From assembly GCA_029881655.1 (NCBI GenBank), contig JAOUME010000002.1, positions 1 through 55,580 of the forward strand: DNA of 55,580 bases, given 5' to 3'. This DNA is from Deltaproteobacteria bacterium (GTDB taxonomy: Bacteria; SAR324; XYD2-FULL-50-16). Positions 26,681 through 36,583 of the stretch are shown one piece after another; the first letter of the stretch is position 1, and each line of letters begins with the position of its first letter. The translations under genes and the position numbers were made by a program. The notes beneath the pieces were generated by a model. That model was not told the DNA's origin. It did no database searches and saw only the letters and a program-made list of their open reading frames with translations.

Positions 26681-29413
26681 CTAATGGGCTTCCAACCAGT
26701 TCGTCCCGTTACCGATATCGACCACCAGGGGGACCTTCAGCTCGCAGGCTCTTTCCATGACTTGCTTGATTTGGACTGAAAACGCCGTAGCTTGGCTTTC
26801 TTCAACTTCAAAAACCAATTCATCATGCACCTGAAGAATCATCTTGGCATCGGTTCCTGAATTTTTAATCCAGTCCTGGGCCTTCAGCATGGCCATTTTG
26901 ATCAAATCCGCAGCCGAGCCTTGAATAGGGGTATTGATCGCGATCCTTTCAGCCCCGGTTTTGATCATGTGGTTTTTTGAATCGATGCCGGGAATTTTTC
27001 GTTTTCTTTGAAAAAGGGTTTCCACATAACCCTTCTCGCGACAAAATTCGATGGTCTTATTCTGAAAGGGTTTGATCGACGGGTATTTCCGGTAATAGGC
27101 CTCGATAAATTCTTGGGCTGTTTTGTTGTTGACCCCGATTTCTCCAGCCAGACTGTAGGCTCCCATGCCATAGATAATACCGAAATTAATGGCCTTTGAT
27201 GCCCGCCTTTGATCTGAAGTGACCTCCGTTTCATCGACCCCGAAGACGGCCGCCGCGGTCTGGGTATGAATATCCAGACCATTTTCAAACACCTCGATGA
27301 GCGCTTCGTCATCGCAAAGATGCGCTAAAATCCTAAGCTCGATTTGAGAATAATCCGCTGAAACCAGCCTGTAACCTTCCTCGGAGACAAAACCTTTTCG
27401 AATGTTGCTGCCATCCAGGCCCTTGATCGGAATATTTTGCAGATTAGGATTTACCGAACTGAGTCGGCCGGTCGCGGTCCTGGACTGCATAAAAGAAGTA
27501 TGCACCCGGTTGGTCCTGGGGTGGATTAATTGGGGCAAAACCTCAAGGTAGGTGTTGATCAGCTTGGTTTTGCTGCGGTAATTCAGCATGAGTTTGGCGA
27601 TGGGGACTTCAAAAGCCAGTTTTTTAAGGGTCTTTTGATCGGTTGAAAAACCGGTCTTGGTTTTTTTTATACCCTTGGTGATCTCCAGCTTCTCAAAAAG
27701 AATCCGGCTCAACTGCTGGGTGGAGTTCAGATTGAACTCCTCGCCGGCCAAACCGTAGATCTCTTCGCTGATGATCACGATCTCTTGTTGGTGTTTTTCT
27801 TTTAGCTCGTTGAGATAATCCTTGTTGATTTTTATCCCATGACTTTCCATCTCCGCTAAAATCTTCAATAATGGGAGTTCCATATCCAGGTAGAGTCCCT
27901 CCAGATTTTGCTCGATTAGATTGGGATAAAGTTTTTGATGTAGCATGAAAGTCACCTCGGAGTCTTCCGCCGCGTATTTCAGAGCGATATCAAGCGGTAC
28001 TTTAGCAAAGGGGATCTGGCTCTTGCCTTTTCCCGTGACTTCCTCATAAGTGATGTTGTGATGTCCCAGATGCCTTTGAGCCAACTCATCCAGCCCATGA
28101 CGATTTAAGTCTGCGTCCAGGAGATAAGACTCCAGCATGCTGTCGAATATCGGGCATTTAAGCTCAATACCGTAGTTTTTCAAGACCAGTATCTCGTACT
28201 TGATATTCTGTCCGATAATCGCCAGATCTTTGTTTTCAAAGACCGGCCTTAAAATCGACAGGGCTTGGAGCAAATCGATCTGTTTGTGATCGGATTGATG
28301 ACAAAAAGGGATATAAACAGGGTTACCGCTTCCCCAGGCAAAAGAAATCCCGACTATTTCAGCGTCCAAAACATTCAGCGAGGTGGTCTCAAAGTCCATG
28401 GCGATTTCCCGCTGTTTGATAAAAATTCCCACCAGTTCCCTGAGCCTTTCCTCCTCCAAGACCAACTCGTAGCGATCATAATCGAGAACCTTGGATAAAT
28501 TTTCCTGAAGGCTGTTTTCATCGGTCAGGCCGGATGCCTGAGTTTTAAGCAAATCATCTTTGCGAAAGGACATCCGGACGTAGAATTCTTCTAGTTTATC
28601 ATAATCGGGCGGCTTGACCAAAAAATCATCTAGCTCAACGCTTAAATCGAGATCGGTTTTGATCTTGGTGAGTCTCAGACTTAGATCAACCATCTCTTTT
28701 GAATCGATGATCTTCTCTTTGAGCTTGCCCTTGAGACTTTCCGCGTTTTGATAGATTCCTTCGATCGATTTGTATTCCGAGAAAAGATTTTGCGCGGTTT
28801 TGGGTCCGACACCCTTGGCTCCGGGGATGTTATCGGAGCTGTCGCCCACAAGGGCCAAATACTCCGGAATCTTCTCTGGAGTGACACCGAATTTTTCTTT
28901 GACTTCCTTTGGGGTAAAAAGAAATCGCTTCATGGTATCGAGCATGAAAACCGAATCGGTCACCAGTTGGGTTAAATCTTTATCACCCGAAATGATGGTG
29001 ATCTTTATTTGGTTTTCAAACTTCTTTGTCAAAGTGCCGATAATGTCGTCCGCCTCATACCAGTCAAGCCTCAGGGTCTTCACACAGAGGCAATCGACCA
29101 ACTCGAAAATCGGATCGAACTGAAGCTTGAGATCCTCGGGCGGCGCGCCCCGGTTGGCCTTGTAGAGAGGGTAGATCTCGTTTCGGAAAGTATCTCCCGG
29201 GCTGTCGAAAATCATGGCGATATGGGTCGGCTTCTGGTCTTTTATGAGATTGTTTAGCATGTTCTTAAAACCCATCACCGCGTTGGTGGGGAGCCCTTCC
29301 GAATTGGTTAGATCAGCTTTGACGGCGTAAAAGGCCCTGAAGATATAGCTACTGCCATCGACTAAAAGAAGGTGAGAATCCATCGGCATTGAGGTTTTTT
29401 GTTTATTATCCAT
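26681..29413 (-). CDS. polA: DNA polymerase I
   Basis: The 910-aa protein has a 5'-3' exonuclease N-domain and a 3'-5' exonuclease region. The polymerase motifs are A SADYSQIELRILAH, B KAINFGIIYG and C QVHDELVFE. Confidence 0.95.
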   Translation of the reverse strand: MDNKQKTSMPMDSHLLLVDGSSYIFRAFYAVKADLTNSEGLPTNAVMGFKNMLNNLIKDQKPTHIAMIFDSPGDTFRNEIYPLYKANRGAPPEDLKLQFDPIFELVDCLCVKTLRLDWYEADDIIGTLTKKFENQIKITIISGDKDLTQLVTDSVFMLDTMKRFLFTPKEVKEKFGVTPEKIPEYLALVGDSSDNIPGAKGVGPKTAQNLFSEYKSIEGIYQNAESLKGKLKEKIIDSKEMVDLSLRLTKIKTDLDLSVELDDFLVKPPDYDKLEEFYVRMSFRKDDLLKTQASGLTDENSLQENLSKVLDYDRYELVLEEERLRELVGIFIKQREIAMDFETTSLNVLDAEIVGISFAWGSGNPVYIPFCHQSDHKQIDLLQALSILRPVFENKDLAIIGQNIKYEILVLKNYGIELKCPIFDSMLESYLLDADLNRHGLDELAQRHLGHHNITYEEVTGKGKSQIPFAKVPLDIALKYAAEDSEVTFMLHQKLYPNLIEQNLEGLYLDMELPLLKILAEMESHGIKINKDYLNELKEKHQQEIVIISEEIYGLAGEEFNLNSTQQLSRILFEKLEITKGIKKTKTGFSTDQKTLKKLAFEVPIAKLMLNYRSKTKLINTYLEVLPQLIHPRTNRVHTSFMQSRTATGRLSSVNPNLQNIPIKGLDGSNIRKGFVSEEGYRLVSADYSQIELRILAHLCDDEALIEVFENGLDIHTQTAAAVFGVDETEVTSDQRRASKAINFGIIYGMGAYSLAGEIGVNNKTAQEFIEAYYRKYPSIKPFQNKTIEFCREKGYVETLFQRKRKIPGIDSKNHMIKTGAERIAINTPIQGSAADLIKMAMLKAQDWIKNSGTDAKMILQVHDELVFEVEESQATAFSVQIKQVMERACELKVPLVVDIGNGTNWLEAH

Positions 29414-29712
29414 TTTTGATTAAAGACGACTAAAAGCACATTATTGTCTTTTCTGGAGAAATGATCAATTCGGATCGAAAAAAAAGATTTTTATTCATCC
29501 GGTTCTTGCTAGACTATTAATTCATTTGAAAATATGATAATAAGATCGGATAAGATAAAAATGATAACGGTGGCAATTTGATTCATTCAAATGATTTCCG
29601 ATTTTCCTTAAAACAAGTTTTACAAACACCTCAAATTCATACAGAATATTAAGATAATAACTTATATAGTCGATGTTCCGGCTATTTTTAAAAACATATT
29701 TGATTAAAAAGC

Positions 29713-32250
29713 ATGAAGAGCCAAAAAAAAGATCCTATTGCAAGTGAAACCATCGACAAAAAAACCTCCGAGTCTAATGGATTAAGTAACGGGCTATCTG
29801 ATGTTGATCAGCTGATAGCGGCTTTTAAGAGGAGGATGATGTTGACGGTGGCTCATGATCTTGGAACTTCCAGCGATCATGACAAGTATAATGCTCTGGC
29901 TTATGCGATCAGAGAAGAAATGATCCGCAAATGGATACAGACCCAGGCTCATTACTATAAGGTCAACCCCAGGAGGATTTATTATTTGTCATTGGAATTT
30001 CTTATGGGAAGAACCCTCGGAAACGCCTTGATCAACCTCGGTTTAACCGAAACGGTCAGCCAGGCGATGGAACAACTGGGATTTGATTTCGAGAGGATTC
30101 AAAACCGCGAATGGGACGCAGGACTTGGAAATGGTGGCTTGGGAAGGCTGGCCGCCTGTTTTTTGGATTCAATGGCCACTCTGGAGCTACCAGCGTACGG
30201 TTACGGCATTAGATACGAATACGGGATGTTCAAGCAGAAAATCGAGCATCAACAGCAAACGGAATACCCCGATAACTGGCTCAGGCTTGGAAACCCATGG
30301 GAAATTAAAAGAACGGTGGATCATTATCCAATCCATTTCATGGGAAGGGTCGATACTTACAGGGACAAGGACGGCGAACTCCAAAGCAAATGGATCGACA
30401 CCCAGACGATGGTGGCGATCGCCTCGGACGTACCTATCCCTGGTTATCAGACCAACACGGTCAACACCCTGAAACTTTGGACGGCGGCTTCGACCCGTGA
30501 ATTCAACTTGGCGAACTTCAACAGCGGTGATTATATCGGCGCGATCTTAGAGAAGCATCAGTCCGAAGTGATTTCCAAAGTGCTTTATCCCAACGACAAC
30601 AATTACGAGGGCAAGGAACTTAGACTCAAGCAACAGTATTTCATGGTGTCGGCATCATTGCAGGATATCTTGAATCGTTTAAAAAAATGCAAGGACAAAG
30701 TCGAGGACCTGCCCCTTAAAGCAGCAATCCAGTTAAATGACACTCACCCTTCGATCGCGATCGCCGAGTTGATGAGAATTCTAATGGATGACCACCATTT
30801 TACCTGGGACAAGTCCTGGGACATCACCACTCGTACCTTCGCCTATACCAATCACACCGTTTTACCAGAGGCTCTGGAGAAATGGCCTTTGTCTTTGATG
30901 GAAAGGGTACTTCCCCGTCATATGCAGATCATCTTTGAGATCAATCAGCGTTTTTTAAACTTCGTATCGGCTAATTTCCCTGGCGATTTCGAGCTAAGGG
31001 AACGGCTTTCGATCATTCAGGAAGGGGAACCCAAGAACGTCAGAATGTCCCATCTGGCCATCATCGGCAGTTTTAGCGTTAACGGTGTGGCCGAACTGCA
31101 TAGCAAGCTTTTGCGAGAAGGGATCTTTAAGGATTTCTATCAGATTTTCCCTAATAAATTCAATAATAAAACCAATGGGATCACCCCAAGACGATGGCTT
31201 AAAAACGCCAATCCTCTGCTTTCGGGGTTGATCACAAAAAAAATCGGGGATGCCTGGATTAAGGATCTGGAGCATCTAAAAGAACTTGAGGCCTACCACG
31301 ACGACGAAGCTTTCCGTGAGGAGTGGATGGCGATCAAGCGGGAGAACAAAAAAAGTTTGATCCATCTGATCAACCGCAGTAACAAGATGAATTGGGACAT
31401 CAATCTCGATTCGATTTTCGATGTTCAAGTCAAAAGAATGCATGAATACAAAAGACAGCTTTTAAACCTGTTTCATGCCTTAAAAATCTACAATCAGATC
31501 AGATCCGGTGATGTCCAGGATATCGTGCCCAGAACGATTATTTTCTCGGGTAAAGCTGCGCCCGGCTATGTCATGGCCAAAGAAGTCATCCACCTTATCA
31601 ACGCGGTGGGAGATATCGTCAACAACGACAAGAAAGTTGGAGATTTGCTGAAAATTATTTTCATTCCCAACTATGGGGTGACTCTGGCCGAGACCATCAT
31701 TCCAGGCTCTGACCTTTCGGAGCAAATCTCGACCGCCGGCATGGAGGCATCGGGAACGGGCAACATGAAATTCGCCCTGAACGGGGCTTTAACGATCGGT
31801 ACTTTGGATGGGGCCAATATCGAAATAATGGAAGAGGTTGGTCAGGATAATATTTTTATTTTTGGCCATACCGAAGAGGAACTCAGAGAGTTGAAGCAAT
31901 CCGGTTATAATCCGAGGGACTATTACGAAAATGACGCCGAGTTAAAACTTCTTTTGGATCAGATCAACGAGGGGTATTTTTCGCCTAATGACCGGGACGC
32001 TTTTAAGCCGATCTTTAACCGACTGGTCAATGAGGGCGACCATTATTGCCTGTTGGGTGATTTTCACAAATATATCGAGAGCCAAAAACAGGTCTCCGAG
32101 ACCTATTTGAATCAGGAAAAATGGGCGCGCATGTCCATTTTAAACGTAGCCAGGATCGGGAAATTCTCATCAGACAGAGTGATAAGGCAGTATTCGGAGG
32201 AAATATGGAAAGTCGATCCTTGCGCATGGCAGGAGCCAATCGAGGGATAA
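29713..32250 (+). CDS. glgP: glycogen/maltodextrin phosphorylase
   Basis: The 845-aa protein has the PLP-lysine motif EASGTGNMKFALNG. Confidence 0.95.
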   Translation: MKSQKKDPIASETIDKKTSESNGLSNGLSDVDQLIAAFKRRMMLTVAHDLGTSSDHDKYNALAYAIREEMIRKWIQTQAHYYKVNPRRIYYLSLEFLMGRTLGNALINLGLTETVSQAMEQLGFDFERIQNREWDAGLGNGGLGRLAACFLDSMATLELPAYGYGIRYEYGMFKQKIEHQQQTEYPDNWLRLGNPWEIKRTVDHYPIHFMGRVDTYRDKDGELQSKWIDTQTMVAIASDVPIPGYQTNTVNTLKLWTAASTREFNLANFNSGDYIGAILEKHQSEVISKVLYPNDNNYEGKELRLKQQYFMVSASLQDILNRLKKCKDKVEDLPLKAAIQLNDTHPSIAIAELMRILMDDHHFTWDKSWDITTRTFAYTNHTVLPEALEKWPLSLMERVLPRHMQIIFEINQRFLNFVSANFPGDFELRERLSIIQEGEPKNVRMSHLAIIGSFSVNGVAELHSKLLREGIFKDFYQIFPNKFNNKTNGITPRRWLKNANPLLSGLITKKIGDAWIKDLEHLKELEAYHDDEAFREEWMAIKRENKKSLIHLINRSNKMNWDINLDSIFDVQVKRMHEYKRQLLNLFHALKIYNQIRSGDVQDIVPRTIIFSGKAAPGYVMAKEVIHLINAVGDIVNNDKKVGDLLKIIFIPNYGVTLAETIIPGSDLSEQISTAGMEASGTGNMKFALNGALTIGTLDGANIEIMEEVGQDNIFIFGHTEEELRELKQSGYNPRDYYENDAELKLLLDQINEGYFSPNDRDAFKPIFNRLVNEGDHYCLLGDFHKYIESQKQVSETYLNQEKWARMSILNVARIGKFSSDRVIRQYSEEIWKVDPCAWQEPIEG

Positions 32251-32421
32251 CTTTTCTAAATTGAATTATCAGCTTTTCTCATCGAACCTGAATTAATCAA
32301 AGGGTTCGTTTTCGCTTGAAGCTTTATTGATGGATAGTTATTAAAAGTCAATCCCGATGGGGAATTTATCGTCCATAAGAGACAAAATGCCGAACTTTAA
32401 ATTGCACGTGAAAAGGCTATC

Positions 32422-32616
32422 ATGAACTTGGTCATAACAATTATCTCTTTGCTCATGATTATCGATGCGCTGTTTACCCTCTTGAATCTATCGAAGATGG
32501 AGTCGCTTATCCATTCTTTTTTCCCGGGCATGAACCTTAAAAAAATCGCCCTTGTCGAGGGAGGGGCTGGGGGGATGATTCTATTGATCAAACTTTCGAC
32601 CCAAAGTTTGACTTAG
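32422..32616 (+). CDS. hypothetical small membrane protein (possibly DUF2065/YjeT-like)
   Basis: The 64-aa ORF has two hydrophobic segments and a weak RBS. The family call is tentative. Confidence 0.3.
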   Translation: MNLVITIISLLMIIDALFTLLNLSKMESLIHSFFPGMNLKKIALVEGGAGGMILLIKLSTQSLT

Positions 32617-32699
32617 GTGTTTGTCAAAGATCGATTTCCTTGATATCGAGAGTTCAAAAACTATTAATCTCACGTAGCGATTAGCTGGAGGAATTAAAA

Positions 32700-33590
32700 T
32701 TGTACAATAAATTTATCACCATCGTCGTTATACCACAAAAGACTTCCCTTGTCCGAAAGTTCAAGATTTCCAATGTCCTACTTCCTTTTATTCTTATTGG
32801 AGCCTTGGTGTTCGTTATCGGCTGGATCTGGGTCATCTTCGATTATTTTTCAGAAAGAACCAACCAACGAGAGCATATCATTAAAAAAGAGCAGTTCAAT
32901 CAGCAGGACTTGATAACCAACCAATTTTTCGATGAATTCGAAAGGGTTCAAATGCATCTCAACCATTTAGCTGGTATCAATAACAAGCTTAGAGCCTTTA
33001 CCAGTCTGGGGCAGGGGGCCACAACGAAAGGCGCAGAGAATTCACAACAATTTCAGGAAAAAATCGAGGTCGCCAAAAAGGAGGGTATCATCAATGTGAT
33101 TGCCTCAGATACAACAGAAATTAATATCGATCAGATCGAGCGAGAAAAAAACTACCATCTTTTGATCAGCTTTCTGAGCAACAATGAAAATCCACTGAAC
33201 CGAATCCCAAACGGTTGGCCGGTCAAAGGTTTTTTGAACAAGGAATTCGGAATCATCAAAGATCCATTTACGGGGCAGGTCAGACCCCATCACGGGATTG
33301 ATATTTCCACTCAACTTTTTTCGCCGATTATTTCGCCGGCTAATGGTTATGTTACCTTTTCCGGTAAGGATGATTATTACGGAAATCTTTTAATCATTGA
33401 TCATGGCAACGGATTTTTGACACGTTATGGCCATTTGGCCAGAGCCGAAGTCGAAAAGGGAGAAATCGTAAAAAGAGGCCGTACAATCGCTCAAGTTGGA
33501 AATACGGGCAGGACGACCGGACCGCATTTGCACTACGAGGTCATCTTTAATAGGGTTCCTCAAAATCCGGTTAAATACATTCATAATTGA
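32700..33590 (+). CDS. M23 family metallopeptidase
   Basis: It has an N-terminal TM segment, a coiled-coil linker and the HxxxD and HxH motifs (HHGIDIS, GPHLHYEV). The TTG start follows GGAGG. Confidence 0.85.
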   Translation: MYNKFITIVVIPQKTSLVRKFKISNVLLPFILIGALVFVIGWIWVIFDYFSERTNQREHIIKKEQFNQQDLITNQFFDEFERVQMHLNHLAGINNKLRAFTSLGQGATTKGAENSQQFQEKIEVAKKEGIINVIASDTTEINIDQIEREKNYHLLISFLSNNENPLNRIPNGWPVKGFLNKEFGIIKDPFTGQVRPHHGIDISTQLFSPIISPANGYVTFSGKDDYYGNLLIIDHGNGFLTRYGHLARAEVEKGEIVKRGRTIAQVGNTGRTTGPHLHYEVIFNRVPQNPVKYIHN

Positions 33591-33682
33591 CTCATTTGAT
33601 ATTTAAAAGTTAATTATTATAAATTACCATTGTAATATAGCCAGCAAACCCATAAAAAATCAACTTGCCGATTTTTTGCTTC

Positions 33683-33711
33683 TTGAAGATAAGGGTAACA
33701 ACAGTTATAAT
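33683..33711 (+). promoter_or_regulatory. sigma-70-type promoter upstream of lon
   Basis: TTGAAG (33683-33688), a 17-nt spacer and TATAAT (33706-33711) lie about 78 nt upstream of the lon ATG. Confidence 0.5.
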
Positions 33712-33788
33712 ATTAGAAAAACAGATTTTTTAATTTCTTACGACGTTAAAATCGTTGTGATTTATGATAGGTTTTAATAAAGAGGCAT

Positions 33789-36356
33789 ATGAGTGATCAA
33801 GATTATCATGACGACAAGGAAGAACAAGTCAAGCCTGAGGAAGGAAAGGAAGACCAGGAACCAAAGGAAATAGAAACCGACGTGGAAATGGAAGATCCCC
33901 CTCCCTCAATCAAACCCACCAAATCTAAGGGACAGACAAAGGGCAGTGGCGCACCCTATGGCATCATTATGCCAAAGATCGATATTTTCCCAGAGACATT
34001 GGGAATTATAGCGGTTCACCATAGGCCGCTGTTTCCCCATATGGTCATACCACTGGTAGTGGAAGGTGAGCTTTACCAAAAAACCATTAAGATCGCTCAA
34101 AAATCGGAGCCCAGTTTTATCGGCATCCTGCTGGCTACTTCCAAATTTGATTCGGAAAATCCAAGGATCGAGGATCTTTATCATTATGGCGTTGTGGCTC
34201 GTATCGCCAAGGTGTTTTCTCAAGACGAATTCAGCAGCCAGATTCTTTTGGACGTGATGGAAAGAATCCGGATCGTTAAACCGCTGGGGATCAAACCGAC
34301 CATGGTGGCTCAAGTGGAATACATCCGCCAAGGCAAGATAAAAATAGATGACGAAATCCGTGCGTTTAGTCGAGAGATCCTATCCAACATGAAGGAGTTG
34401 ATTAGGCTTAACCCTTTAATTAAAGAAGAACTCAACCAGTTCATCAATCAGATCAGCATTGATGATCCCAGTCGGCTCGCAGACTTCGCGGCGACTTTAA
34501 CTTCGGCTGACAAAGCGGAACTACAGGCTATCGTAGAGGCCATACCGATCATCAACCGACTTGGAAAGACCCTGTTGCTGATAAAAAAGGAGTTGGAACT
34601 TAGTCGTCTACAGGCTGAAATCTCCCAAAAGATTGAGCAAAGAATTTCGGATCATCAGAGGGAATTTTTCTTAAAGGAGCAGTTAAAGGAAATTCAAAAA
34701 GAACTCGGTATCAGTAAAGACGATAAGACTCAGGAGATCGAAAAGCTCCAAAAAAAGGCCGCGAAATTAAAATTTTCACCTGAGGTCGAGGAGCGCTACA
34801 AAGAGGAAATGAATAAAATCTCCATGCTTGATGTTCAATCTCCGGAATTCAACGTATCCAGGAACTACCTCGACTGGATCACGACCCTCCCCTGGGGTAT
34901 CTTTTCAAAAGATAATCTCAATATCCAAAAAGCGGAAAAAATCTTAAATAACGACCATTACGGTCTCGAAGATATTAAGGAAAGGATTCTGGAATTTATC
35001 GCGACCCTAAAACTCAGAAACCAGATCGCCGGTACGATCCTTTGTTTTATAGGACCTCCTGGAGTTGGCAAGACCTCGATCGGAAAATCGATCGCTCGTG
35101 CTTTGAACCGTAAATTCTACCGTTTTTCGGTTGGAGGCATGAGAGACGAAGCCGAAATCAAAGGCCACCGCCGTACCTATATCGGAGCTATGCCAGGAAA
35201 ATTCATCCAGGCTCTCAAAATCACCAAATGCGCCAATCCCGTAATCATGCTCGATGAGATCGACAAGATCGGCAACAGCTTCCAGGGAGACCCCGCAAGC
35301 GCCCTTTTGGAGGTGCTGGACCCGGAACAAAACACCGCATTTTTGGATCATTATCTTGATGTACCTTTTGATCTATCCCAGGTGATGTTTATTACCACCG
35401 CAAATCAACTCGACACCATCCCGCCCGCTCTTTTAGACCGGATGGAGGTCTTAAGGCTTTCAGGCTACATCACCCAGGAGAAACTCAAGATCGCCCAGAA
35501 GTACCTGGTTCCAAAACAAAGGAAGGCCCATGGATTAAAATCCCCTAGTTTCAATATGTCCCAGGCGGCACTCAGAAAGATAATCGATGGTTACGCCAGA
35601 GAGGCCGGAGTCAGGAATCTGGAAAACCAGATCAAGAAAATTTGCCGCAAGGTCGCGGCCGAGATTGTCCGAGAAGGAAAAGACAGGAACTTCGTGATCA
35701 ATGTTCAAGACGTTGAAAAATATCTCAAAAGCCCGGTTTTCGAGCAGGACGAAATCATTGGCAGAGACAAGCCGGGAGTCGTTACCGGTCTTGCGTGGAC
35801 CAGCATGGGAGGCGCTGTCCTTTCCATTGAGGCGGCCAAGATCCCATCCGAACAAAAGGGTTTTAAACAAACCGGCCAACTGGGAGATGTGATGGTGGAG
35901 TCCTCTGAGATCGCCTATAGTTACGTCAACTCGAATATGGAACTTTTTAAGGAGCACCTTTCCTTTTTTAAAGAGCATTTAATTCATCTGCATGTGCCCG
36001 CAGGAGCCACTCCCAAGGATGGACCTTCAGCCGGAGTGACGATGGCAACCGCTCTAATATCCCTGATGTTAAATAAACCCGTTGTTCCGAAAACGGGAAT
36101 GACCGGAGAATTGAGTCTCACAGGGGAGGTCCTGCCGATTGGGGGTTTGAAAGAAAAAATCATCGCAGCTCGACGTACGGGATTAAAGCAAATTATCGTT
36201 CCCTATCAAAACAAGAAGGATTATTTGGAATTGCCCGATCACCTCAAAGAGAAGATTAAGGTACACTTTGCCAAAACCTACCCGGAAGTTTATCAATTCG
36301 CTTTTAATCAAAGCTTTCCCAAAGTTAAAAACCGTAGGGCACCTCAAACCAAATAA
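33789..36356 (+). CDS. lon: ATP-dependent Lon protease
   Basis: Walker A GPPGVGKTS and the Ser-Lys dyad region DGPSAGV are present. The 855-aa protein has an acidic N-terminal extension of about 60 aa. Confidence 0.95.
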   Translation: MSDQDYHDDKEEQVKPEEGKEDQEPKEIETDVEMEDPPPSIKPTKSKGQTKGSGAPYGIIMPKIDIFPETLGIIAVHHRPLFPHMVIPLVVEGELYQKTIKIAQKSEPSFIGILLATSKFDSENPRIEDLYHYGVVARIAKVFSQDEFSSQILLDVMERIRIVKPLGIKPTMVAQVEYIRQGKIKIDDEIRAFSREILSNMKELIRLNPLIKEELNQFINQISIDDPSRLADFAATLTSADKAELQAIVEAIPIINRLGKTLLLIKKELELSRLQAEISQKIEQRISDHQREFFLKEQLKEIQKELGISKDDKTQEIEKLQKKAAKLKFSPEVEERYKEEMNKISMLDVQSPEFNVSRNYLDWITTLPWGIFSKDNLNIQKAEKILNNDHYGLEDIKERILEFIATLKLRNQIAGTILCFIGPPGVGKTSIGKSIARALNRKFYRFSVGGMRDEAEIKGHRRTYIGAMPGKFIQALKITKCANPVIMLDEIDKIGNSFQGDPASALLEVLDPEQNTAFLDHYLDVPFDLSQVMFITTANQLDTIPPALLDRMEVLRLSGYITQEKLKIAQKYLVPKQRKAHGLKSPSFNMSQAALRKIIDGYAREAGVRNLENQIKKICRKVAAEIVREGKDRNFVINVQDVEKYLKSPVFEQDEIIGRDKPGVVTGLAWTSMGGAVLSIEAAKIPSEQKGFKQTGQLGDVMVESSEIAYSYVNSNMELFKEHLSFFKEHLIHLHVPAGATPKDGPSAGVTMATALISLMLNKPVVPKTGMTGELSLTGEVLPIGGLKEKIIAARRTGLKQIIVPYQNKKDYLELPDHLKEKIKVHFAKTYPEVYQFAFNQSFPKVKNRRAPQTK

Positions 36357-36583
36357 AATATTATTAAAATTAAAATAGGAAAGGAGCCCCAAGTTTTGAC
36401 AGTTTTTCAGGTCATTTAAGTATCCCTACTTTTTATTACTTATACTGCCCGCATGCCCTTAAAATAAGGATTCCTGTATGATATGCCATATAGGGCGTTG
36501 TCATTGTCCAGCCCTTTGTGGTATGCAAGGTTTAAATAAGACAACAAAGTACCAATCTAACCAAAAAAGAGTTTGATAATTTT